A stretch of DNA of 64,000 bases from Octopus vulgaris (GCA_951406725.2 OX597841.1:25854001-25918000); one strand, 5' to 3'; positions 37,021 to 51,573 are shown, numbered from the stretch's first letter. Notes: generated by a model from the sequence alone, not told the origin. Numbers and translations are program-made.

Positions 37021-37207
37021 TATATCTGACATTGGTGTTCAAAGCAACCTTTTAGTCCATTGGATGTTGTCAAACTGTCCAACGCATACCAGCATGGAAG
37101 ATGAACATTTAAATGACAACGGCGATGATGATGATGGTGATGATGATATACACATATGTATTTATGTATACATATATATATATTTATGCATTTGTGTATC
37201 TCTCTCG

Positions 37208-37580
37208 TTTACTTGTTTCAGTCATTTGACTGCGGCCATGCTGGAGCACCGCATTTAGTCGATCAAATCGACCCCGGGACTTATTCTTTGTAAGCCCAGT
37301 ACTTATTCTATCGGTCTCTTTTGCCGAACCGCTAAGTGACGGGGACGTAAACACACCAGCATCGGTTGTCAAGCAATGCTAGGGGGACAAACACAGACAC
37401 ACAAACACACACACACATATATATATATACATACATATATACGATAGGCTTCTTTCAGTTTCCGCCTACCAAATCCACTCACAAGGCTTTGGTCGGCCCG
37501 AGGCTATAGCAGAAGACACTTGTCCAAGATGCCACGCAGTGGGACTGAACCCGCAACCATGTGGTTGGTTAGCAAGCTAC
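37208..37580 (-). mobile_element. Family A SINE, 5' end slightly truncated
   Basis: Reverse complement of the consensus. Confidence 0.8.
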
Positions 37581-37983
37581 TATATATCATCATCATCATC
37601 ATATATATAAAACATATATATATCATGTCAATAGACACATCTGTATGTATATCCTAATTATGATTCTCATAGAACCATGCACAAAATGCATATATGTATT
37701 ATGTATATATATATATATATATATATCATCAGTATAGAAACATATATGTGTATAAAGATATATATATATATGTATGTATATATATATATCAAAGAACAAA
37801 ATAACAACAACCATAATAATAATAATAATAATAATATTAATATTAATATTAATAATATTCAGGGGATGATGAATTTTGCTATGATTGAGTAGTGGACTTG
37901 ACGCTTTCGGACAGGGGTCAGTCCGAGAGGCAGCCATGTTGTTGGGAGCTGTAGTCGGGTGAAGGGCAGGGAAGAGATATGGC

Positions 37984-38014
<31 letters not shown>

Positions 38015-38199
38015 GTGGATGGGTGTAGGTGAGGAAGTGGGGGAGGGGGCTCTGTTGGGTGGCGGGGGTGGGCGCGGATGGGTTGGTCGGAGTTCCCTAG
38101 TTTTGTTGTACGAGGATAGAAGATGAAGAAAGCTGAAGGAATACAACAGAGATAGCAGACATCTGATGATAGCGGAGATGTGCATCTATTTAATGTGCA

Positions 38200-38208
38200 T
38201 GTGTATAG

Positions 38209-38255
<47 letters not shown>

Positions 38256-38291
38256 CACACATGCATGTATATGCATTCGATTTTTATTATA

Positions 38292-38344
<53 letters not shown>

Positions 38345-38352
38345 GTACATAC

Positions 38353-38387
<35 letters not shown>

Positions 38388-38396
38388 CGTACATAC

Positions 38397-38431
<35 letters not shown>

Positions 38432-38452
38432 CGTACATACATATATATATAC

Positions 38453-38489
<37 letters not shown>

Positions 38490-38674
38490 TGTACGTACAT
38501 ACATATATATATATATATACATATATACATACATATATATACATATATACATATATACATACATATATACATATATACATACATATATACATATATACAT
38601 ACATATATATACATATATACATACATATATATATACATATATATACATATATACATACATATATATATACATAT

Positions 38675-38722
<48 letters not shown>

Positions 38723-38789
38723 ATATATGTATATATATATACGTATATATATGTATATATATATACATATATATATGTATATATATATG

Positions 38790-38859
<70 letters not shown>

Positions 38860-39170
38860 CATACAGTTACATGCATACATATCCGTCAGCTTATATGTTC
38901 ATCTATACAACTATCTATCTAATTAATTGGTGCGTGCACACATTTACACACCCACCCACGCACATTCACATACATGCACGTGTGCATATATGTATGTGTG
39001 TGTGTATATATATATTTATGCATATATATATGTGTGTGTGTAAGTATATATATGCATATATGTGTGTATGTATATATATATGTGTGTGTATATATATATA
39101 CATGTGTATATGTATATATATGTATATTTATATATGTGTATTTGTATATATATATGTGTGTGTATATATA

Positions 39171-39217
<47 letters not shown>

Positions 39218-39293
39218 ATATATATACATATATGTATGTGTGTGTATATATATATATGCATATATATATATGCATATATATATATATATATAC

Positions 39294-39324
<31 letters not shown>

Positions 39325-39345
39325 CGTGTATATGTGTGTCTGTGT
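38200..39345. repeat. Compound (TA)/(TACA)/(TG) microsatellite field
   Basis: Direct inspection. Comparable fields at 5.4-6.1, 16.7-17.5, 30.8-32.4, 46.6-49.0 and 53.0-54.0 kb. Confidence 0.9.
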
Positions 39346-39554
39346 ATGAATGCACATGCCTGCTCATGCTGACATATGTGTATACATTTATAACTTCATA
39401 GGTGTGCGTATAGAGATGGTGTTATTGATGATGATGATGATGATGATGGTGAATGCAATGACGATCATTATGATGATGATGATGATAATGATGGTGACGA
39501 TGATGATGTCATCATTCAAGGTGTTTTTGTTGGTGGTGATGGTGGTGGTGTGGG

Positions 39555-39586
<32 letters not shown>

Positions 39587-40550
39587 GTGAGGCAGTGGTA
39601 ACGATGCTGGACGCCACTAAGCACACTGCTGGTACAATATGGTATACAGGGGAGAGGACAGGGTAGTGGCAGGGGCAGGGACAGGGGCAGGGGCAGGGTG
39701 GGGCGGGGTGGAGTAGGGCGTGGGGAGCGGGGGGGGGGTCATTCGGGAAGATTTATTTCCATTTAATGAAATGTATAACATGATGCTGATGATCGCGGTT
39801 TGTGGTGAAATGTGAGCTGTGAGTTTGGTGAGTGTAGTGGTAGTAGTAGTAGTAGTAGTAGTAGTTGCAGTTAGTAGTGGTGGTGATCATGGTGTTGGTG
39901 GTAGTGGTGGTCATGGTGGTGGTAGTGGTGGCAGTAGTGGTGGTGGTGGTGACAGCAGTGGTGGTAGTGGTCGCAGTAGTGGTAGTGGTGGTGACAGCAG
40001 TGGTGGTGGTCATAATGTTGGATAGTGGTAGTGGTGGTGGTGGTGTTGGTGGTGACAGCAGTGGTGGTGGTCATGATGTTGGATAGTGGTAGTGGTGGTG
40101 GTGGTGGTGGCAGCAGTGGTGGTCATGATGTTGGATAGTGGTAGTGGTGGTGGCGATGGTGGTGGTATTGGTGAGAACCACCAGCTCTTGTCAACCTATC
40201 CAACCCATGCCACCATGAAAGGCCGGCATGTATGTATAGGTGTAGGGAGGTGAGGTTGGGGGGTCAGATTGTATACGATGGGCTTCTTTCAGTTTCCGTC
40301 AACCAAACCCATTCACTAGGTTTTCTTTGCTCCCCGCCTCCCCCCCTGCTCTCTCTCACCTCCCGACGTCTATAACAGAAGACATTTGCTCAGAGTGCCC
40401 TGCAGTGGGACTGAACCCATATCCAATGCGGCTAGGAAGCAAGCTTCTTAACCCCACAGCCACGTCTCTGCGCCATGAATAAAACCACAAAACAAAAAAA
40501 AATAAAATAAATCAAAAAGAAAGAACCTCCTTCCTCCCCCCCCCCCCAAC

Positions 40551-41299
40551 AACAAGGGACACTTCAGATAATGTAGTCCTAGGTAGATTGTGTCTGAATG
40601 AAAAACAGGATGGTCACAGCCGGAACATCTTTGATCAAAGGTCTGCTGGATGAGGGTCAACCTAGGGTTAAAAACAACGACAAATAAGGACACATTGAAT
40701 AATATAGTCCTAGATACACGTTGCCTGAATATAAGACAGGATGGCCATGCCTGGAACATATCTGGATATCTCCTTCTTTGTCTTGGTCTTGGAAGAGAAA
40801 GACAAGGAAGGACACATTTGGTTATGTAGTCCTAGATATGCTATGCCTGAATTGAAGACGGGACGGTCATGGATGGAACACATTTGATCACAGGTCCACA
40901 CTTTTATGGCTGACCATGGGCTAAACAATAATGAGAAGGAAGGAAACATTAGATGATATAGTCCTTGATAGACTATGCCTGAATTGAAAACTGGATAGTC
41001 ATAGATGAAACATATTTGATCAAAAGTCCACATATTGAAGGCTGACCTGGGGTTAAAAACAATACCACCACCAATACCAATGCACTCCACTGTGACATTT
41101 CAATTTTGATATTTTGTGGGTCACATCACATGAGTTGAAGGGAGAACTGATTCTGACAGGATCAGAACCCTAAACTTCTGCTTCCAAATGGTCGGCCGTG
41201 GGGTAGGGGAGATGAGGTATGGAGAGGGAGTGGGGGCAAGGAGAGGATGTGTGTGTGTGTGTGGGGGGGGTCTGGGAATGGAGAATTGACATCAAGAAA

Positions 41300-41366
<67 letters not shown>

Positions 41367-42775
41367 CATGTGTATTAGTATATGTATGTGTGTGTAGAAG
41401 ACTGTATGAGTGTGTGCTTGTGTGTGAATGTGTGTGTGAGAGAGAGAGCATGTGTATTAGTGTGTGTGTGTGTGTAGAAGACTGTATGAGTGTGTGTGTG
41501 TGTGTGTGTGCTTGTGTGTGAATGTGTGTGTGAGAGAGAGAGAGCATGTGTATTAGTATATGTGTGTGTGTGTAGAAGACTGTATGAGTGTGTGTGTGTG
41601 TGTGTACCTATGTATGTGTGTCTGTATGTGATTGTATAAGTTTGTGTTAGGTGGGTCTATATTTGTATGTGTGTGTGTTTATGTGTATATATATATATAT
41701 ATGTGAGTGTGTGTGTTGTGTATATGCATGCATGTGTATGTGTATATGTGTATGTATGTATAAATGTGTGATTGTATGTATATATACCTGTACATATATA
41801 TGTGTATGTATGTATATATGTGTGTATATGTATGTGTGTGTGTATATGTATATATGTGTCTATGTATGTATAGATGTGTGTATATGTGTGTGTGTGTATG
41901 TGTGTGTATGTATGTGTATATGTGTGTGTATATGTGTATATGTATATATATGTGTATATGTATGTATGTGTGTGTATATGTATGTATGTGTGTATATATG
42001 TGTATATGTATATATATGTGTATATGTATGTATGTGTGTATATATGTGTCTATGTATGTCTAGATGTGTGTATATGTGTGTGTATGTATGTGTGTGTATG
42101 TATGTGTATATGTGTGTATATGTATATATATATGTGCATGTATATATGTATGTATGCCTGAATGAGAGACATGATGCTCACAATTGGAATGTCTTTGATC
42201 AAAGGTCCACAGGATCAGGACTGTCCTGGGGCTACAAACAATAACAACAATAGCAGCAACAACAACAAGGGACACTTCAGATAACGTAGTCCTAGGTAGA
42301 TTGTGTCTGAATGAAAAACAGGGTGGTCACAGCCGGAACATCTTTGATCAAAGGTCTGCTGGATGAGGGTCAACCTAGGGTTAAAAACAACGACAAATAA
42401 GGACACATTGAATAATATAGTCCTAGATACACTATGCCTGAATAAAAGACAGGATGGCCATGCCTGGAACATATCTGGTTATGTCCTTCCTTGTCTTGCT
42501 CTTGGAAGAGAAAGACAAGGAAGGACACATTTGGTTATGTAGTCCTAGATATGCTATGCCTGAATTGAAGACGGGACGGTCATGGATGGAACACATTTGA
42601 TCACAGGTCCACACATTCATGGCTGACCATGGGCTAAACAATAATGACAAGGAAGGAAACATTAGATGATATAGTCCTTGATAGACTATGCCTGAATTGA
42701 AACATATTTGATCATATGTCCACATATTGAAGGCTGACCTGGGGTTAAAAACAATACCCCCACCAATGCCAATGC
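40551..42775. repeat. Direct duplication of a ~0.5-kb block (40551-41083 and 42264-42775) built from diverged monomers of the 117-bp satellite family
   Basis: aacaagggacacttcagataa starts both copies (offset 1713). Monomers share tagtcctagata...gacagg.tggtca...ggaaca..tttgatca...gacctggggctaaacaac with 20659-21836. Confidence 0.85.
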
Positions 42776-42780
42776 TGCTG

Positions 42781-42826
<46 letters not shown>

Positions 42827-43391
42827 AACCTATACCATCAACACCACTACCACCATTACCATCACTGCCATCACCACCACCAATACCAACATTACCATCA
42901 CCATCACTACCATCACCACCACCACTGCCACCATCACCACCACTACCACCATCACTGCCATCACCACCACCACTACCACCCACCATCACCACCACCACCA
43001 CCACCACTACCACCATCACCACCACTGCCACCATCACCACCACTGCGACCATCACCATCACTGCCATCACTACCACCACTGCCACCATTACCACCACTGC
43101 CACCATCACCACCACTATCATCACCACCACCAATACCAACATCACCACCACTACGACCACCACTTCTATCATCACCACCACTATTTCCATCGTTATCACC
43201 ACTACCACCGCCAGTACTAACACTGTTACTACTACAACTAGTGGCCAATCTACCACCACAACCACCACCCCAACAATATGTAATCAAGCAGGGCCAACCA
43301 TGCAGAAATGGTGTCTGACACAGATTTTGATATATATGACATGAAACATCCTGTGAAATATAGGGATATGAGGGTTTGGGGTTAGTGTATG

Positions 43392-43881
43392 TGTGGCTGT
43401 ATGGTAAGTAGCTTGCTTCCTAACCACACAGTTCCTGGTTCAGTCCCACTGCATGGCACCTTGGGCAAGTGTTCTGCCATAACCTCAGGCCAACCAAAGC
43501 CTTGGGAGTGGATTTGGTAGACGGAAACTGAAAGAAGCCCGTCGTATATATGTATATAGGAGTGGCTGTGTGGTAAGTAGCTTGTTTACCAACCACATGG
43601 TTCCGGGTTCAGTCCCACTGCGTGGCACCTTGGGCAAGTGTCTTCTACTATAGCCTCGGGCCGACCAAAGCCTTGTGAGTGGATTTGGTAGACGGAAACT
43701 GAAAGAAGCCTGTCGTATATATGTATATATATATATATATATGTGTGTGTGCGTGTCTGTTTGTGTGTCTGTGTTTGTCCCCCCACCATCGCTTGACAAC
43801 TGATGCTGGTGTGTTTACGTCTCCGTCACTTAGCGGTTCGACAAAAAGAGACCGATAGAATAAGTACTGGGCTTACAAAGA
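43392..43881 (+). mobile_element. Family A SINE with two heads, 3'-truncated by the adjacent LINE fragment
   Basis: Heads at ~43392 and ~43559; body ends at ttacaaagaat. Confidence 0.8.
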
Positions 43882-43882
43882 A

Positions 43883-44414
43883 TTGGATCAGTGTCCTCCA
43901 GTCAGTTCTATCCTGGGCCGCTTCTTTCAGATTGGCTATGTCCATTCCGGTATCACCCTTGATGGTGTCAAGCCAGCGGGTTCTTGGTCGGCCTCTTCCT
44001 CTCTTGCCACTGATCATTCCGAGCATGATGTCCTTCTCTAGGGATTTTCTCCGCATAATATGACCGAAATATGCCAATCTATGCTTGGTGATCCTAGCTT
44101 CTAGCGACATTTTCAGCCCGATCTGCTTAAGAACTTCTCCATTGGTGAGCCTTGCTGTCCATGGAATCCGAAAAAGTCTTCTCCAACACCAAAGCTCGAA
44201 TGCATTAATTCTCTTCTGGTCAGCTTTCTTTAGTTTTCCAGGTCTCGCATTCATATGTTGCTATTGGGAAGACAATAGCATTCACCAATCTGCATTTGGT
44301 AGCTAGCCTGATGTCTCTACTCTTCCAGACCCTGCTCATGCTGACCATTGCCTCTCTGCCTAGTACTATCCGCCGTCTTATTTCTGGAGTGCAGTCACCA
44401 TCTCGATTTATTTT
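43883..44414 (-). pseudogene. BovB-like RTE LINE reverse transcriptase C-terminal fragment (one frameshift)
   Basis: Minus strand KINRDGDCTPEIRRRIVLGREAMVSMSRVWKSRDIRLATKCRLVNAIVFPIATYECETW, frameshift at ~44235, then KLKKADQKRINAFELWCWRRLFRIPWTAR...YFGHIMRRKSLEKDIMLG...RGRPRTRWLD...AQDRTDWR. Confidence 0.92.
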
Positions 44415-44417
44415 GTA

Positions 44418-44815
44418 CTAGCAGTATTGCCCGGCGTTGCTCGGGTTTGTAAGGGAAATAACTATATAAGCATTTTTAGAGAGTTTTAGCCAAAAAATAG
44501 CAAAAAAATGCATTAAAAATGGAAAAAAAATTATGGTAAATTTTTTTTTAAATCGTTGACTCATCGTAGACATTTTTAGAGAGTTACTTCCCTTATATAA
44601 TAACGAAAAAATGCATTAAAATGGAAACAAATGATGGTAAATTTTTTTTTAAATCGTAGACTCATCGTAGACGCACGCTAATACCCAGAAGGGCTCGATA
44701 TGAATCACGACTATAAGATACCCGGTTTTGGTTAAACTGCACCGCAAAATGTGGGAGTAGTTAGGAATCTAAATCGTAGGAGACAGACACACAACTTCAC
44801 TTTTATATATAAAGA
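44418..44815 (-). mobile_element. Non-autonomous Helitron-type element (family H1), intact termini
   Basis: Minus strand A|TCTTTATATATAAAA ... cccgagcaacgccggg hairpin ... CTAG|T; no TSD. Confidence 0.8.
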
Positions 44816-45094
44816 TATACAAATAAATATATAGTTGCTTCTGTTATGTTTAGAGCTTGACATAGATTATCATCATCCAGTCCGCATCCTGTATAATTGC
44901 TATGTAACTTTTGTACTGGGTAGTATTTTTAGTTATGAGCTACAGAGCGGATGATTGTATGAGCCAATGTGGAGACCTCTACTTGGTGGCTTGATATGGT
45001 AGAAATAGCAGCCAAATTTCCCTCGAATGACACCCTACTGTCTTATGTATGTATGTATGTATGAACCAATGGGGAAGATCTTTACATGGTGGCT

Positions 45095-45785
45095 AGAAAG
45101 AGAGAGAGAGAGAGACTAGGATATAAATTAAATCAAAGAGAGATAGTAAGCAAGACAAAGTTAAAGAAATTCAAAGAGAGAAAGGGAGAGCCAGTGAGAG
45201 GAAGATAGATAGAGAGAGAGAGAGAGAGGAAAAAGAGAAGCAAAGAGGAAGAGAGATGCAAAGAGAGAAAGAGAGGGGGGAAAGAAAGAAAGAAAAAGAC
45301 AAAAGAGGACAGTGAAAACGAAAGAAAGAGACAAAGAGGTGAGAGAGAAACAAAGGAGAGAGACACATATAAGACGGGCAGAGAGAGACATACAAAGAGG
45401 AGAGAGAGAAATGAGAGAGAGAGAATGAGGGTGAGAGAGAGACATACAAAGAGAGGGAGTGAGAGAGAGACAAAGAGAGAGACATAAGACAGAGAGAGAG
45501 ACAGACATACAAAGGAGAGAGAGAGAGAGAGAGATACAATCAGGGATGAGAGAGAGAGAAACAAAGAGGGTGAGAGAGAGACGTATAAGACAGAAAGAGA
45601 GAGAGAGAGAGAGATGTAGAAAGAAAGAAAGACAGAGAGAGAAACAAAGAGGGTGAGAGAGAGATGTATAAAGAGAGAAAGAGAGAGAGAGAGAGACATA
45701 GAAAGAAAGGCAGAGAGAGAAAAACGAAGAGGGAGGAGGAGAGAGTCAAAGAGGGAGATAGAGAGAGAGAGAGAGAGAGAGATCT
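45095..45785. repeat. Polypurine (GA)-rich tract
   Basis: Direct inspection. Confidence 0.9.
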
Positions 45786-45887
45786 ATTTTCGGAAAACAA
45801 TCAAGGAGAAACAACAGACTCCGAAAAAAAAAAGAAAAAAAACCCACAAAGATAGATGAAAAAAAATTTTTTAAAAAAAGGGACCTA

Positions 45888-45931
<44 letters not shown>

Positions 45932-46280
45932 CAAGTTCCTTCATGCATACAACACAACACTGCACCAATCTGCATCTCACCCTCACCTCACCGCACATCG
46001 CTCATCCCCACCACCACCACCACCACATGCATCGACGTTTCTCTACCTTCCGCTGGCCTTACTCTGCCACACACCGATCCCTAAACCCCCAACACTACTT
46101 AGTAAAAAAACCCCCTTCAAATCCCTTTCTTGATCCCTGTTCCAAGTGCTTAGAAAAATTTACTTTATCTTTTTATGTTTTATATTTTATTTTTTACGGC
46201 GAAAAGATGGTTGTCCTGGATGGGGAAGGCACTGAACGTGGGGGGTGGCTTGATCTCCTTCTTTCTTTCTTTCTTTTTTA

Positions 46281-46335
<55 letters not shown>

Positions 46336-46648
46336 TTATTATATGTTTTTTTTCCTTTCGGGCTTTCCTTTTTTACAGTTTGCGGCGCCATCTGTTGTTT
46401 GAACTGTGAATGTTTGTTTTTTTTTTTGTATAGGATCTGTCTAACTGTCTGTCTGCCTATCTGTCTGCCTATCTGTCTGTCTGTCTCTTTCTCTCTTTCT
46501 CTCACTGTCTCTCCTTCTCTCACTCCTTGTTTGTCTCTCTCTTTCTCTCTCTCACACATATATAGACACACATACATATTCACACAAATACACACACGTA
46601 AACATACATATATAGATATAAGCATACTGAGAGACACATGTGTGCATA

Positions 46649-46712
<64 letters not shown>

Positions 46713-46744
46713 TATGTGTGTGTATGTATGTATGTATGTATCTA

Positions 46745-46779
<35 letters not shown>

Positions 46780-46791
46780 TTACATGTGTAC

Positions 46792-46822
<31 letters not shown>

Positions 46823-46853
46823 TACATATGTATGTGTATCTCTCTCTCTCTCT

Positions 46854-46896
<43 letters not shown>

Positions 46897-47041
46897 TATA
46901 TGTGTATATATATGTGTGTGTGTGTATATATATATGTACAGGCATATCAACACACACATTGCCCATATATAAATATGTATGAACATACGTTTACATTAAG
47001 TTAACAAAAAAAAGTCATCACACCCATGTTAGTATGATAAA

Positions 47042-47089
<48 letters not shown>

Positions 47090-47215
47090 GACACATACAC
47101 ACACATGTATATATATATACACATACATACATACAACCCAAGCCAGTATGGAACTTGGATGTTAAATGATGAGGATGATGTATATATAATTTTACATACA
47201 TACATACATACATGC

Positions 47216-47250
<35 letters not shown>

Positions 47251-47563
47251 TACACACACAGACATATATATATATATGTATGTATATATGTTTCTCTATG
47301 TATATAAGTAAAAATGTTTTAGCAATCAATTCTTATGTGTATATATATATATATATTTTTTTGTCTGTGTACATAAGTAAAAATGTCTTAGCAATCAAAT
47401 TATATATACATACATATATACGTACGTATGTATGTATATACATACATATATACGTATGTATGCATGTATATATGTTTGTATATATACCTGTTTATATATA
47501 TATATATATATATATTTACTTGCAAATATTTTTGCATTCATATGTGTATCTATATATACATAC

Positions 47564-47619
<56 letters not shown>

Positions 47620-48150
47620 TACACATGCAAAAATGAGGAGTTTTTTTCTTTCTCAATATGTCTTTTGATAAATATATGAAAAAACAAACACTCACAAAAA
47701 AAAAATTATAAAAACGCAACATAAGCATGACAACAACAACAACAACCCCTAAAAAACCCACAATTTTTTTTAAAAACCCTTCTTTTTTGCATATATGAAA
47801 GTACATACGCACACATACTTGTACACAAATGCACACACACACACACAAATGATCACATACAAAGACAAACAAACACACAGGCAAAAATACACCTATATAC
47901 ACACATATATACACACATATATACACACATATATACACAGAGGAAACACACACAAATGCACACGCACATACACCAACGTACACACATGCATGTACACAGC
48001 ATACACACACACACACACACGCACACACAATGACAAACATGCACATAAAGACACGTGCATAGATACGCACACACATACACACACAATTAGTCACACACAT
48101 ACAAACACTTGCATATATATATATATATATATATATGTGCACACATGTAT

Positions 48151-48181
<31 letters not shown>

Positions 48182-48622
48182 AACAACACAGAAATGAAAT
48201 AATTTTCTCAGCTCTAACCCCTGTGGTTTTTTTTTCCCTCCCCTTCTATCTTCTGACTCCCTATTTTCCTGCCCCTTTAAAAAAGAGATAATAGGGGAGA
48301 ACATAAGTGAAGCATTTATGAAACGATGTAAAGAAATGGAGAGCAAGCGGGGAAGTGGAGAGAAGGGGAGCCACAGTGGAGGAGGAGGGAGGATGCATGA
48401 AGGGAGGATTTTTGTAGTGTGTGTATATATATGTATATGTATATATATATAAATATACATACATAAATATACATATATATCTATTTATATATGTATATAT
48501 ATATATATATTTGTATAAGTATGTATGTATGTGTATATTTATCTGTATATGTGCATGTCTGTGTGTATATATGTATGTACTATATATATGTATGTATATA
48601 TGTATGTGTATATATATATTTT

Positions 48623-48659
<37 letters not shown>

Positions 48660-48950
48660 ATATATATACATCTATATGTATGCATCTATATGTGTATATA
48701 TATATGTATATATGTGTATATATATATGTATATATATATATGTATATATATATATATTTACATATATATATGTATATATATATATGTATATATATATATA
48801 TTTACATATATATATATACACATATATATGTATATATATATATGTATATATATATATATTTACATATATATATACACATATATATGTATATATATATGTA
48901 TATATATATATATATATACACATATATATACATATATATGTATATATATG

Positions 48951-49006
<56 letters not shown>

Positions 49007-49260
49007 CATATATATATTACACGAATGAACATAGACTGAAATAACAGGTATCACGTACACACTAACACCCGGATCCTCAGAGACACACAGACACACTGGG
49101 GTCGATTTGTTCAAATAAAGGCATTGCTCCAGCATGGCCACAGTCAAATGACTGAAACAAATAAAAGAATACATAAAATTTAGAATTGGAAGTAGCATAG
49201 GTAATGCAAACATTATTATAAAAGCAATAATATAGACACACACACATATATATATATATA

Positions 49261-51325
49261 TTGCTTACCAACCACATGGTTCCGGGTTCAATCCCACTGC
49301 GTGGCATCTTGGGCAAGTGTCTTCTGCTATAGCCTCGGGCCGACCAATTCCTTGTGAGTGGATTTGGTAGAAGGAAACTGACAGAAGCCCGTCGTATATA
49401 TGTATATATATATATGTATGTGTGCGTGTATGTTTGTGTGGTTCCGGGTTCAGTCCCACTGCGTGGCACCTTGGGCAAGTGTCTTCTGCTATAGCCTCGG
49501 GCCGACCAAAGCCTTGTGACTGGATTTGGTAGACGGAAACTGAAAGAAGCCCGTCGTATCATCATCATCATCATCATCATCATCATCGTTTAACGTCCGC
49601 TTTCCATGCTAGCATGGGTTGGACGAGTTCAACTGGGGTCTGGCAAGCCCGAAGGCTGCACCAGGCCAGTCAGATGTGGCAGATATGTATATATATATAT
49701 ATGTATGTGTGCGTGTATGTTTGTGTGGTTCCGGGTTCAGTCCCACTGCGTGGCATCTTGGGCAAGTGTCTTCTACTATAGCCTCGGGCCGACCAATGCC
49801 TTGTGAGTGGATTTGGTAGACGGAAACTGAAAGAAGCCCGTCGTATCATCATCATCATCATCATCATCGTTTAACGTCCGCTTTCCATGCTAGCATGGGT
49901 TGGACGGTTCAACTGGGGTCTGGCAAGCCCGAAGGCTGCACCAGGCCAGTCAGATGTGGCAGATATGTATATATATATATATGTATGTGTGCGTGTATGT
50001 TTGTGTGGTTCCGGGTTCAGTCCCACTGCGTGGCATCTTGGGCAAGTGTCTTCTGCTATAGCCTCGGGCCGACCAATGCCTTGTGAGTGGATTTGGTAGA
50101 CGGAAACTGAAAGAAGCCCGTCGTATCATCATCATCATCATCATCATCATCGTTTAACGTCCGCTTTCCATGCTAGCATGGGTTGGACGGTTCAACTGGG
50201 GTCTGGGAAGCCCGAAGGCTGCACCAGGCCAGTCAGATGTGGCAGATATGTATATATATATATGTATGTGTGCGTGTATGTTTGTGTGGTTCCGGGTTCA
50301 GTCCCACTGCGTGGCATCTTGGGCAAGTGTCTTCTGCTATAGCCTCGGGCCGACCAATGCCTTGTGAGTGGATTTGGTAGACGGAAACTGACAGAAGCCC
50401 GTCGTATATATGTATATATATATATGTATGTGTGCGTGTATGTTTGTGTGGTTCCGGGTTCAGTCCCACTGCGTGGCATCTTGGGCAAGTGTCTTCTGCT
50501 ATAGCCTCGGGCCGACCAAAGCCTTGTGAGTGGATTTGGTAGAAGGAAACTGACAGAAGCCCGTCGTATATATGTATATATATATATGTATGTGTGCGTG
50601 TATGTTTGTGTGGTTCCGGGTTCAGTCCCACTGCGTGGCATCTTGGGCAAGTGTCTTCTGCTATAGCCTCGGGCCGACCAATGCCTTGTGAGTGGATTTG
50701 GTAGAAGGAAACTGACAGAAGCCCGTCGTATATATGTATATATATATGTATGTGTGCGTGTATGTTTGTGTGGTTCCGGGTTCAGTCCCACTGCGTGGCA
50801 TCTTGGGCAAGTGTCTTCTGCTATAGCCTCGGGCCGACCAATGCCTTGTGAGTGGATTTGGTAGACGGAAACTGAAAGAAGCCTGTCGTATATATGTATA
50901 TATATATATGCATGTGTGCGTATGTGTTTGTGTGTCTGTGTTTGTCCCCCCCAACTTTGCTTGACAACCGATGCTGGTGTGTTTACATCCTTGTAACTTA
51001 GCGGTTCAGCAAAAGAGACCGATAGAATAAGTATTAGGCTTACAAAGAATAAGTCCTGGGGTCGATTTGCTCGACTAAAGGTGGTGCTCCAGCATGGCCA
51101 CAGTCAAATGACTGAAACAAGTAAAAGAGACCGATAGAATAAGTATTAGACAACCGATGCTGGTGTGTTTATGTCTCCGTCACTTAGCGGTTCGGCAAAA
51201 AGAGACCGATAGAATAAGTACTGGGCTTACAAAGAATAAGTCCCGGGGTCGATTTGCTCGACTAAAGATGGTGCTCCAGCATGGCCGCAGTCAAATGACT
51301 GAAACAAGTAAAAGAGTAAAAGAGT
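49261..51325 (+). repeat. Composite tandem array of 8 family A head fragments (162-bp and ~281-bp units) ending in a family A body with duplicated 3' end
   Basis: gttccgggttca at 49279, 49441, 49728, 50008, 50289, 50451, 50613, 50773. The three long units also carry an inverted family B 3' end. Confidence 0.9.
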
Positions 51326-51340
51326 ATATATAAACGTGGT

Positions 51341-51545
51341 GGTACATGGCCTAGTGGTTAGAGCAACGGACTCGTGGTCAAGGGATCGCAGGTTCGAATC
51401 ACAGACTGGGCGATTGTGTGTGTTCCTCCTGCATCTGGCAGCTCACCTGCGATGGACCGGCATCCCATCCAGGTGGGGAACTTATATGCCAAGGAAACCG
51501 GGAAACCAGCCCTATGAGCCAGGCATGGTTCGAGAAGAAACAAAC
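51341..51545 (+). mobile_element. Family E-related tRNA-derived SINE (internally shorter)
   Basis: A box tggcctagtgg, B box ggttcgaatc, domain ctgcgatggaccggcatcccatccag. A 3' fragment also lies at ~59128-59225. Confidence 0.75.
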
Positions 51546-51573
51546 ACACACATATATATATATATATATAGAT

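Noticed and set aside
37904-37929. 9-bp hairpin whose 16-mer ttcggacag.ggtcag recurs at 60815-60830
   Set aside because: One 15/16 match in a window of this size is plausible by chance; the hairpin is not kept in the second site.
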